Below the pieces are notes generated by a model, which did no database searches, had not been told where the DNA came from, and saw only the letters and a program-made list of their open reading frames with translations. Both the position numbers and the translations under genes were made by a program. This document shows, one piece after another, positions 51,908-60,254 of a DNA stretch of 64,000 nt; position 1 is the stretch's first letter, and each line of letters starts with the position of its first letter. The stretch lies in assembly GCA_903911225.1 (NCBI GenBank), contig CAIWCT010000110.1, positions 1,016 through 65,015 on the forward strand, read 5' to 3'. Source of the stretch: an uncultured delta proteobacterium. GTDB taxonomy: Bacteria > Desulfobacterota > WTBG01 > CAIYCZ01 > CAIRTM01.

Positions 51908-52498
51908 CTAAAACTTAATCACCTTTCCAGCAGATGTCATGGCCTCAAGAATTTCCAGGGCATTTGAGATCGTACCAACTTGCACGTTTTCCCTTATTTT
52001 ATAAAAATTAAGGCATGTCCCGCAGATTAAAATTGTAAAGCCTTTTTTCTCAAGATCCTGAAGAACTTCAAGCATATAAGATCCGGAAGTAGCCAGCCGC
52101 ACTGCCTTGCTAATAAAAACGATTACACAATTTTTGTTTTGAAGATTCTGCATTGCGGACAGAAACCCGTTCATAAGAACCTTACCCAGTTCCATATTCG
52201 AACCGATATGATCAGCGTCAAACAGGTAGGCAATATTTTGCGTGTTAGACGGTGCCGCAGCGCAGGCTGGGCTTGCAGCATCCTTTTTGATCAGCAACTC
52301 GAAAATATTCTCGCCCTTGTCGATAACGCTAACAGTGCAGCCCTGTCCCGCCGCAAACCGCAAGATGTTTTCCCGGGCTGTATCATTATCTACAAGAACT
52401 GTTATTTCGCCGTGATTAAATCCTTCAAGCGCCTGTTTGGTAAGTACAACGGGCTGCGGACAGGCAAGACCTTTTGCATCAATATGTGTGTGTTTCAT
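51908..52498 (-). CDS. yedF: YedF-like selenium-metabolism protein (TusA-like N-domain fused to a DsrE-like domain)
   Basis: The N-terminal TusA motif is IDAKGLACPQPVVLTKQAL, followed by a C-terminal DsrE/DsrF-like redox-carrier fold of about 120 aa. The start was set at Met 52498, which overlaps the upstream stop (TAATG). Confidence 0.7.
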   Translation of the reverse strand: MKHTHIDAKGLACPQPVVLTKQALEGFNHGEITVLVDNDTARENILRFAAGQGCTVSVIDKGENIFELLIKKDAASPACAAAPSNTQNIAYLFDADHIGSNMELGKVLMNGFLSAMQNLQNKNCVIVFISKAVRLATSGSYMLEVLQDLEKKGFTILICGTCLNFYKIRENVQVGTISNALEILEAMTSAGKVIKF

Positions 52499-53415
52499 TA
52501 CGGTTGAACTCCTTGAAAAATAAACTCGTTCTGTTGTGTTGAACAACAATCATGTTCAGACAGTACGCGGTTGAGGGCATCAGGTATGCGTGCAATGATT
52601 TCGTGAATCTGTGTTGCAGGGGTAGGCTGTGCAAGCAGGCCTGCCATGCGGTTGGCCCTGCATGCTGTAGCACATGCATCGGGGATGGCATATCCGTGAT
52701 GGACAAGTGCAGCCGCCATGCCCGTCACCGTGTCGCCAGTGCCCCCGATGGGCTCCAACTCCTCAACAACAGGCTCATCAACCTGCTGGATGACCGCACC
52801 CTCATGGCAGATATAATCAGTGCGCCCCTTAACGCAAAGATATCGGGCAGCGTTGCCGAAAGAGTGGGTTTTTTTAATCAGTTCTGCCGGCTCTGCTTCA
52901 AGACGTGTTAGAAACCCGCGGGTATAGGCCGGGTGCGAAGCTTTTTCATCTGCCAGAAAAGCAAGCTCACCAATATCGGGCAGGAAAAGATCGTAAAATG
53001 GCGCTTGCCCGCTTGCCTTTGCCACATACATGAAACCGGCATCTGCTATCATAACAGGCTTTGCCTGCATTTTGCGCACTGCAGTGAGCACCTGGTTATG
53101 AAGCCCAATGTCTGGGATTATATAGTGCAGGCAAAGCGTATCAGCATGTGTCTTGGGTAAATGTTTGATTAAATAACGGTAGACCTCCCGGCTGCCTTCG
53201 CGTGTGCCGATATCGCCTCCGATTATGCACTCAGGTGCAGTGTCGCCTAAAAAATCCGCAGTGGCGCACACAGCGCCGATCATGGCAGCTGTTCCCCGAT
53301 TGAGCGAAAAGCTGCGGCCGTCGATGATAATGGAGGTTCCCTGCAGCTGCGCAGTGCCGACAGCCAGCGATAAATTCTGATCAGGTATTGTTCCGGCCAG
53401 CAGCATCGTTTTCAT
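52498..53415 (-). CDS. Ribokinase-superfamily protein related to the YjeF C-terminal domain (ADP/ATP-dependent NAD(P)HX dehydratase-like)
   Basis: The C-terminal motif PIGGTGDTVTGMAAALV matches the GGxGDVLxG motif of YjeF_C/ThiM-type kinases. Upstream are CVKGRTDYI (versus VLKGAGTVV) and PDIGELAFL (versus PHPGEAARL). ATGA couples it to the upstream gene. Confidence 0.5.
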   Translation of the reverse strand: MKTMLLAGTIPDQNLSLAVGTAQLQGTSIIIDGRSFSLNRGTAAMIGAVCATADFLGDTAPECIIGGDIGTREGSREVYRYLIKHLPKTHADTLCLHYIIPDIGLHNQVLTAVRKMQAKPVMIADAGFMYVAKASGQAPFYDLFLPDIGELAFLADEKASHPAYTRGFLTRLEAEPAELIKKTHSFGNAARYLCVKGRTDYICHEGAVIQQVDEPVVEELEPIGGTGDTVTGMAAALVHHGYAIPDACATACRANRMAGLLAQPTPATQIHEIIARIPDALNRVLSEHDCCSTQQNEFIFQGVQP

Positions 53416-53966
53416 GCAAGCAGTCTCCGCGCCTCATCAAAAGCGATATTAAGAGTGTAGGCGCACAGTGTGTAGCCGATTTGGCGGGGTGTGGATGCCG
53501 AATCAAGAGTTTTGCCGATCAGATCAAGGGCAAGATAGGGCACATCAGAGCATCCGCCGCCGGAAATATTGACAATCATTTTCGTCTCTTTTTCGACCGT
53601 AATCTTCATATTAGCCGAACGCACCATGAGATAGCGGCCAAAGTCTTTAGTTGAACAAATTTCTGTTGGCTGCATCAACTCTTCATTGACATAAATAATG
53701 TCCCGTGGCTCGTTACCGCTGTCTTTAAGTATGCGCTCGATTCCCATGCGCTCCATGATAGGGAACCTGATGGCAAGGTCGCAGCCCGTTCGGTACTGGG
53801 GCGGCGGAGCAACGACTTTAATATTTGCAAATGCAGCCATCTTCAGCGTTGCCTCGGCATGAATAACATCATTAACGCTGTCAAAAATAAGCAGCCCCTG
53901 CTCGACAGTCCCTTCTACAGACATGTCGTTTTTGTTTGAGCTGATAAGATTCTTTAAAAAACCCAT
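53412..53966 (-). CDS. Protein with N-terminal DUF3343-like (putative Se/S carrier) domain and a C-terminal domain of unknown function
   Basis: The N-terminal 70 aa (LLIFDSVNDVIHAEATLKMAAFANIKVVAPPPQYRTGCDLAIRF) fits the DUF3343 pattern of a conserved Cys in a beta-alpha-beta fold. The C-terminal half has an ISGGGCSD motif. Confidence 0.45.
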   Translation of the reverse strand: MGFLKNLISSNKNDMSVEGTVEQGLLIFDSVNDVIHAEATLKMAAFANIKVVAPPPQYRTGCDLAIRFPIMERMGIERILKDSGNEPRDIIYVNEELMQPTEICSTKDFGRYLMVRSANMKITVEKETKMIVNISGGGCSDVPYLALDLIGKTLDSASTPRQIGYTLCAYTLNIAFDEARRLLA

Positions 53967-53979
53967 GACAGCATGCCTG

Positions 53980-54213
53980 CTATTTTATTAATGTCAGTAC
54001 GATATCATCACTTTCAGTGCGAACTGCAACAGCCCAGCCGCAGTTTCCAGCAAGTCGGCTGATATTATCACGTGCCGTACCGGTATCAACGATAATTTCA
54101 AATTCACCGGAATCTGTTTTATCAATAAAACTCTTTGTTAAAACTACCGGCTGCGGACATGAAAGCCCGCGCGCATCAATACGTTCCATAGTAATCTCCA
54201 AATAAAGAAACAA
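53980..54213 (-). CDS. TusA-family sulfur/selenium carrier protein
   Basis: 77 aa with the TusA CPxP motif (IDARGLSCPQPVVLTK). Confidence 0.75.
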   Translation of the reverse strand: MFLYLEITMERIDARGLSCPQPVVLTKSFIDKTDSGEFEIIVDTGTARDNISRLAGNCGWAVAVRTESDDIVLTLIK

Positions 54214-54265
54214 CTAATCTGATTTGAGCACAGCATGCCATGCCCATTCATCCAACCAAAAAAAT

Positions 54266-55339
54266 TTAACCTATCTTTTTTATCATGGTCAGACCTATGG
54301 TTATGCAGGATGCAAGGCCGATAGTAACAAAAAGAGGCGTCCACTCACCTATTCCCTTGGGCGATGCGGCAACACCAAAGTTATGCGCAAAAGCGGCGCC
54401 AAGCAAAAGGCCAAAAACAAAAACCGCGGCATCCCCATCGCCTTCACCGCTCATGAAAAGCTGCCTGCCCGGACAGCCACCCGCAAGGGTGAAGGCAAGG
54501 CCAGCAAGCACCATGCCTGTAAAATTCCAGAACGTATTGGTGTGGGCTATAGGCTGAACGTCAAGGGTGGGGTGAAACTGGCCAAAAAAAAGATTAGCGG
54601 CAAAGGCGCCTAACACCAGCCCCAAGACTCCGGCCATGAGATAGAAATCGCGAACAAGAATCACATCGCGCACGGCCCCGATCGTGCAGAATCGCGTGCG
54701 CTGCGCAAGTATGCCTATTACCAGTCCGGCCAAAAGGCTCCATATGACGGGCGCATGCATTGATCCCGGACCTTTCACGCTGAAAAATGGTGCGCCTGTT
54801 GAAAGCTGGGGCCTGGCAAGCAGCAGAATCAGCAGTCCTGCCATAATGACAGGCAAAATAAGCCCTGCGGCCGTGTAGGTGTTCTGACTTCTGCCCAGAT
54901 TAAATCCTGCCTTAAGGAAAAGAATACCAATCCAAATGCCGGCCACAAGTCCGGCGATTCCGGCAATAGCATTAGGGTCGCCTCCAGCAAGCCGCAGCAA
55001 CGCACGCCACGGACAACCCAAAAACACAAGCGCACCGATGGCGGCAAAAAAACCAAGAACAAATCTCACAACCGGCGCAGAACCTGCGCGGGGTTTAAAC
55101 TCTTTAAAAGCAACTGCAGATAAAAGCGACCCCAGCACAAAGCCTATAATTTCGGGCCGTAGATACTGTACAACATCTGCACGATGCAAGCCCAGAGCTC
55201 CTGCTATATCGCGACAAAAACAGGCAACGCAGACACCCATGTTAGCAGGATTGCCATTAAATTGAAGAAAAGCGGCGATCAGGCCTATGACAAGTCCGAC
55301 AGCAAAGATCGCCTTCTTTGTGGTAAATAGGTTTTTCAT
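54266..55339 (-). CDS. yedE: YedE/YeeE-family inner-membrane transporter (putative selenium/thiosulfate uptake)
   Basis: 357 aa polytopic membrane protein with two internally repeated halves, each carrying a conserved Cys motif (GVCVACFCRD and FCTIGAVRD). An AAGGA RBS is present. Confidence 0.7.
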   Translation of the reverse strand: MKNLFTTKKAIFAVGLVIGLIAAFLQFNGNPANMGVCVACFCRDIAGALGLHRADVVQYLRPEIIGFVLGSLLSAVAFKEFKPRAGSAPVVRFVLGFFAAIGALVFLGCPWRALLRLAGGDPNAIAGIAGLVAGIWIGILFLKAGFNLGRSQNTYTAAGLILPVIMAGLLILLLARPQLSTGAPFFSVKGPGSMHAPVIWSLLAGLVIGILAQRTRFCTIGAVRDVILVRDFYLMAGVLGLVLGAFAANLFFGQFHPTLDVQPIAHTNTFWNFTGMVLAGLAFTLAGGCPGRQLFMSGEGDGDAAVFVFGLLLGAAFAHNFGVAASPKGIGEWTPLFVTIGLASCITIGLTMIKKIG

Positions 55340-55696
55340 TGAAATCCTTTCATCAGAAAAATTAAATACTTACAATTTTTATTTAAAGCTTTTTAAAGAT
55401 TTTTTCAAATTGATTAAACCTATGCAATAGGCGTTTAGGATAGAGGAAACAAATAGTTCGCAATTTGCTATTCACCTGCAAAATATGAAGATGTGAATGA
55501 CCGTATAGCAGACAGCGTCCTTTGGATGAATTGAAAAATTTAAATTCAATTTTTCAGCATAATCTATGTTGTACCAATAACCCGCAAATTCAAAAAACCT
55601 ATACATGGGCGCTTAGGCATTGGAATAATCAAATTGACGGTTTGGGATTCATAAGCGATGTATTAATAACAGCTAATTTATTTATAAGGATCATCA

Positions 55697-56455
55697 ATGT
55701 ATTCTGCAGGTATAGACATCGGGTCGGTTGCGACAAAAGGCGTCATCTATAATGGCGCAGTTGCAGCAAGCGTTATCATCCCAACGGGCTGGAGTCCGCG
55801 TGACGCCTCTCGCCTTGCTCTGAATATGGTTCTTGACAAAACCGGTATCAGCCATGATGCGGTCAAGACAATTATTGCAACCGGCTACGGCAGAGTGTCG
55901 GCTGATTTTGCAAGCCGCTCAGTCACAGAAATCACCTGCCATGCCAGGGGAGCATTCGCCCTGCATCCCGGTATCCGAACCGTGCTTGATATCGGCGGTC
56001 AGGATGCCAAAGTTATACGGCTTGACGACAGCGGCGCAGTGGCTGATTTTGCCATGAACGACAAATGCGCGGCTGGCACAGGCCGGTTTCTGGAAGTCAT
56101 GTCCCGGATACTCGGCACCGAGGTAGAGGATCTTGACAGCCTTGCTGTAAACGCCGACCCTGTTCCAATCACCAGCATGTGTGCAGTTTTTGCAGAATCT
56201 GAAGTTGTAAGCCTTATGGCAAAAGGCGCAACACGAGAAGCTATAGCCCGTGGCGTTCTTGAATCGATAGCAGACCGGGTGATTGCGCTGCTAGGCAGAA
56301 TTTCTCCTACAGGCTCCATTGCCTTCACCGGCGGGCTGTCACGCAGCCGCGTGCTTGTCAGCATTATTGAGAAGCGTCTCGGCATGCCGCTGTTCACCTC
56401 CCCAAGCTCCCAAATAGCCGGTGCACTCGGCGGCGCTGTAATTGGCTGGAACTGA
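55697..56455 (+). CDS. BadF/BadG/BcrA/BcrD-type ATPase (CoA-substrate-specific enzyme activase, HgdC-like)
   Basis: Acetate/sugar-kinase-fold ATPase motifs GIDIGSVATKGV and DIGGQDAKVI. C-terminal Cys residues suit the bridging [4Fe-4S] (AFAESE...). Confidence 0.75.
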   Translation: MYSAGIDIGSVATKGVIYNGAVAASVIIPTGWSPRDASRLALNMVLDKTGISHDAVKTIIATGYGRVSADFASRSVTEITCHARGAFALHPGIRTVLDIGGQDAKVIRLDDSGAVADFAMNDKCAAGTGRFLEVMSRILGTEVEDLDSLAVNADPVPITSMCAVFAESEVVSLMAKGATREAIARGVLESIADRVIALLGRISPTGSIAFTGGLSRSRVLVSIIEKRLGMPLFTSPSSQIAGALGGAVIGWN

Positions 56456-56466
56456 GAAAGTGCAAA

Positions 56467-57618
56467 ATGCAGCATATCGACAGTATGATTCAGGCTTTAG
56501 CAAAAACGCGCGATAGCGCCATTGCCGATTTACAGCAACTCAAAGATGCTGGTACAAAAATCGTTGGGGCGTACTGCCTGTTTGCTCCCATAGAGCTTAT
56601 AGCCGCGGCAGGGGCTGTCCCCGTGTCGCTCTGTGGCATGACAAATGATCCCATTATCCATGCTGAAAAGCATTTGCCGCGTAATCTCTGCCCGCTTATC
56701 AAATCAAGCTACGGCTATGCCGTTACCGGAACCTGCCCGTATTTCTATTATTCCGATCTTGTTGTGGGGGAGACCACTTGTGATGGTAAGAAAAAAATGT
56801 TTGAACTTCTTGCCAAAATTGCGCCCGTGCATGTGATGCGCCTGCCGCAGGCAAACGACCGGCCAGAGGATGTCCAGGCCTGGAAGCAGGAGATCATCAG
56901 ATTAAAGGACAGAATCGAGCAGGAGTTTAACCTTATTATAACCGATGATACACTTCGACAGGCAATCAAAGAAAAAAATGAGGAACGCCGGGTGTATCGC
57001 GAACTCTACGGACTGTCAAAGCTTACCCCCCCTCCCCTTCGTGGCAGCCAGGTGCATCGCGTGCTGTATGGATCGGGCTATGCCTTTGACAAAACCGCGC
57101 AACTTACAAAAGTGCGAAGCCTGATAGATGCAATCAAAGATGCCTGCAACCGCGGAGAGATACATTCGCCTGTTGGCAGGCCTCGAATTCTGATAACCGG
57201 CTGCCCAATCGGTGGTGCAACGGAAAAAATCATCACTCTTATCGAAGAAAGCGGAGGTGAGATTGTTTGCTTTGAGAACTGCGGCGGCGCCAAGGACAGG
57301 GAATTTTTGGTTGATGAAACAATCGACCCCTATGATGCGCTTGCACAAAAGTATATCCGCCTTGCCTGTTCATGCATGAGCCCGAACAATTCCAGGATCG
57401 AGTTACTCTCGCGCCTTATTGACGAGTACCGTGCACAGGGGGTTATCGATGTCGTTCTGCACGCCTGCCACACCTACAATATGGAAACCTGGAGGGTGAA
57501 AGAGCTTGCACAGAAAGACAAGGGCATACCGTATCTGCACCTGGAAACTGACTACTCTCCCGGCGATGAAGGCCAGCTTCGCACCCGTATCAGCGCATTT
57601 GTCGAAATGCTTTCCTAA
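56467..57618 (+). CDS. 2-hydroxyacyl-CoA dehydratase family protein (HgdB/D-component-like)
   Basis: 383 aa with conserved Cys residues (CLFAP, CGM, CPLIK) typical of the HgdAB/BcrBC/HadBC family. It sits immediately downstream of the activase. Confidence 0.7.
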   Translation: MQHIDSMIQALAKTRDSAIADLQQLKDAGTKIVGAYCLFAPIELIAAAGAVPVSLCGMTNDPIIHAEKHLPRNLCPLIKSSYGYAVTGTCPYFYYSDLVVGETTCDGKKKMFELLAKIAPVHVMRLPQANDRPEDVQAWKQEIIRLKDRIEQEFNLIITDDTLRQAIKEKNEERRVYRELYGLSKLTPPPLRGSQVHRVLYGSGYAFDKTAQLTKVRSLIDAIKDACNRGEIHSPVGRPRILITGCPIGGATEKIITLIEESGGEIVCFENCGGAKDREFLVDETIDPYDALAQKYIRLACSCMSPNNSRIELLSRLIDEYRAQGVIDVVLHACHTYNMETWRVKELAQKDKGIPYLHLETDYSPGDEGQLRTRISAFVEMLS

Positions 57619-58583
57619 CTTACAGCCGAGTGCTTACGCCAGGAGCGATAGCTTGCTACGGCTGATTCAAGCAAAGAATGCGACGAGAGAACGTTTGTGG
57701 GGCATACGCCCACGCAGCGGTTGCAGCCCATGCACTCTATGGTACGCACTTCGCCTTTCTCGCGCACCAACCTGGCGATGGGAATGCCCATGTCGCAGAC
57801 ACTTTCGCACTTTTTACAGCCGGTGCAATCATCCTGCTTTGCCTTGATGTGAAAAAGCCCGGCAAAGCTGAGAGTCCCCCACAGTGCGGCATACGGACAC
57901 AGTATGCGGCAGAAATTTCGGTTGCCCGTGAACGGTATGAGAAGAAAACTGATATAGTACCCATAGGTTATAATGTCGTAATAAAGTTTGCCGGCGCGGT
58001 CATAGGAGGTGTTAACATCGTTTATCATGCACCCGAGGTACACCACCAACAGCCCCAGGAGTACAAATTTCAGCCAGCGCAGGCGCCACCAGAATTGGTT
58101 GCGCGGTGTTTTGTCGCGGAATGGATAGCCGATGGTTTCACGCGCCGTTACGCACGGACAGCACCATCCGCAATCGATGCGCTTGCCGAATAGCAGTATC
58201 AGTATAAAGTAGAGGAAAAACATCAGGGACCCGATGGCGTGAATAGCGGGGAAGCTGTACCACTGATCGGCGATTCCCGGTACCTGGAGCTTGAACCCAA
58301 GGGGCACGATCATCCAGAAAAATGCATAGGTTGAGATAATTACAATCAGACGTATTCTTTGAAAGCGGTCTTTTTCGGTGTCAATGCGCCATATTCCAAA
58401 CAGTATAAGGATGCATGGTGCGGCAAGACCGATAGGATGGGTACTGAGTTTAGTGTAAAAAAGTTCCAGCGCGGCATATGCAACCAGACTGATCATGGCT
58501 ACGATTTTTACCATAGGGCTTATGCCATGTGTTTGCGTCTGCGGATTAGCGAACGCTATGTCGAATTTTCGCATCATGTTCAT
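57615..58583 (-). CDS. Integral-membrane polyferredoxin (NapH/MauN/CcoG-like: TM helices plus two 4Fe-4S motifs)
   Basis: Several TM helices, a CGWCCPC motif and two C-terminal CxxCxxCxxxCP motifs (CTGCKKCESVCD and CMGCNRCVGVCP). Confidence 0.6.
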   Translation of the reverse strand: MNMMRKFDIAFANPQTQTHGISPMVKIVAMISLVAYAALELFYTKLSTHPIGLAAPCILILFGIWRIDTEKDRFQRIRLIVIISTYAFFWMIVPLGFKLQVPGIADQWYSFPAIHAIGSLMFFLYFILILLFGKRIDCGWCCPCVTARETIGYPFRDKTPRNQFWWRLRWLKFVLLGLLVVYLGCMINDVNTSYDRAGKLYYDIITYGYYISFLLIPFTGNRNFCRILCPYAALWGTLSFAGLFHIKAKQDDCTGCKKCESVCDMGIPIARLVREKGEVRTIECMGCNRCVGVCPTNVLSSHSLLESAVASYRSWRKHSAVS

Positions 58584-58613
58584 GAGTGCTTTATTGCCTT
58601 TGCAAGTTCAAGG

Positions 58614-59579
58614 TTAGTCGGCCTTTTTCGGCCCGGCAAAATAATACACTACTGCGAACGAATACTGACAGCCGCCGGATATATTTTTTCCGTAGGGATA
58701 TGCCGTGTAGCTAACTTCGGTAAACCAGGAATTTGTCAGTTTAAAGCACAAAGCGGTTTCAAGCTTCCCTAAGTCGTATTGAAGTCCGAGCGATGGATTA
58801 GACGATGCCTGCGCTGAAGCATCCGAGGCGCTTGATACGATCACCTGTCCGGTGGCATAATCGACATAAGCGCTACGAGCTTGTTTGGGTATGGGGATTC
58901 TTCGGGCGTTGTGCATGCTCTTTGTACCGTCAAGCTTTACCCGCAGTGACAGTGGTCCAAAAAGGTCCATGCCGAATTCGATGAGGTATTTAAATTCATC
59001 TGAAGGCGCTTTGGTTCTAAAGCGGTAGCCTGCTTCAAGACCGCAGTATCCCGGAAACGGCCACAGCGACTTTCCCGCAAGAAGCCGTATCTCGTAATCG
59101 CTCTGGTTGTTGCCGGGCAGTATCTTCTCGCGATTTGTATATAGTCCGGCATTCTTGTAGAGAAACTGAACAGAGCCGACAAATGGCTCTTTAATAAGCC
59201 CCAGCTTCAGCCCTGCCTCCACATCACCCGGGCCGGTATAATGCGTAGCCACATACCGCCGTTTCTCAACATCGTTTTCCGTATAGTCGTTCCATGCGCT
59301 TGACCTGAGCCATTTGTAGGGCAGCGAGCAGGAAAGCGTGAGTCTTTCAAGCAATCCGTATTCACCATAAAATGTCATATTAGTATCGTAAAATTTGCCG
59401 CCGTTGGCCAGATGATCCTGGCTGCCGTTTGAGGTAAAAGTTTTGTCGGTAGTGTAACGATTAATGGAAAGTTTGCCGTAGAAAGCACCTTGAGGCTCGC
59501 ACCAGGCACCGGCAAAACACTCCTGAACTGACAGGAGGAACAAAAGACAGATAAAGCCAACCATTCTGAACAGTTTCAT
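58614..59579 (-). CDS. Predicted outer-membrane beta-barrel protein of unknown function
   Basis: Signal peptide MKLFRMVGFICLLFLLSVQECFA, Tyr/Gly-rich alternating strands, 321 aa. Confidence 0.45.
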   Translation of the reverse strand: MKLFRMVGFICLLFLLSVQECFAGAWCEPQGAFYGKLSINRYTTDKTFTSNGSQDHLANGGKFYDTNMTFYGEYGLLERLTLSCSLPYKWLRSSAWNDYTENDVEKRRYVATHYTGPGDVEAGLKLGLIKEPFVGSVQFLYKNAGLYTNREKILPGNNQSDYEIRLLAGKSLWPFPGYCGLEAGYRFRTKAPSDEFKYLIEFGMDLFGPLSLRVKLDGTKSMHNARRIPIPKQARSAYVDYATGQVIVSSASDASAQASSNPSLGLQYDLGKLETALCFKLTNSWFTEVSYTAYPYGKNISGGCQYSFAVVYYFAGPKKAD

Positions 59580-59766
59580 ATACTATCGACTCCGCTTTCA
59601 AGCATAAAATTTTAATTAGTATGAAATCATCACTTGAAAATAACAAATAGATATTACCTATTGGATTACCATTTATAATAGGAATTACCAAATTGACTTG
59701 AACTCAGTCCTTCTGCGATGCTGTTAGAAAATCTTAACTGCAAACTTTTTGAACAGGTGACGTATT

Positions 59767-60210
59767 ATGAGCCGAAAATATATGATTTCAATTCTGGCCT
59801 TGTTTGCCCTATGCACCGCAAATTTGACCTATGCAGCTGATGCCAGCACTTTCAATGTGCAGGTTTTATTACCCGGCATGACTAAAAGCATAGATATCCG
59901 GCAGCAGCAGACACTGCCACTCGGATGCCCGCAATTTTTCATATTCACTATTGGTTCAGGCATGCTCGGCTTATCAGTTTCAAAAAATGATGTTGCAGGA
60001 GATACCATTTTTATGGCCGGTTTTGTTAGTACCGGCGGAATGATTGTTCCGGTTGTGCGCATCGGTACTTCAACAGGCATGATCGATCAAGTCATTGAAA
60101 TCAGAGGAAATCAAAACACGATCAGTTTCGGTTGGATCTGGTGTGGTGTTGCCGCATCGCAGAATGTTCCAATCTACAGCTCTGTGTTCAGACTTTCACT
60201 GGAGCCATAA
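59767..60210 (+). CDS. Small secreted hypothetical protein
   Basis: Signal peptide MISILALFALCTANLTYA; no recognisable motif and a weak RBS. Confidence 0.35.
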   Translation: MSRKYMISILALFALCTANLTYAADASTFNVQVLLPGMTKSIDIRQQQTLPLGCPQFFIFTIGSGMLGLSVSKNDVAGDTIFMAGFVSTGGMIVPVVRIGTSTGMIDQVIEIRGNQNTISFGWIWCGVAASQNVPIYSSVFRLSLEP

Positions 60211-60254
60211 TAATCCCGGGGTATATCCCCATAAACAATTTTCAAGGAGGAAAC

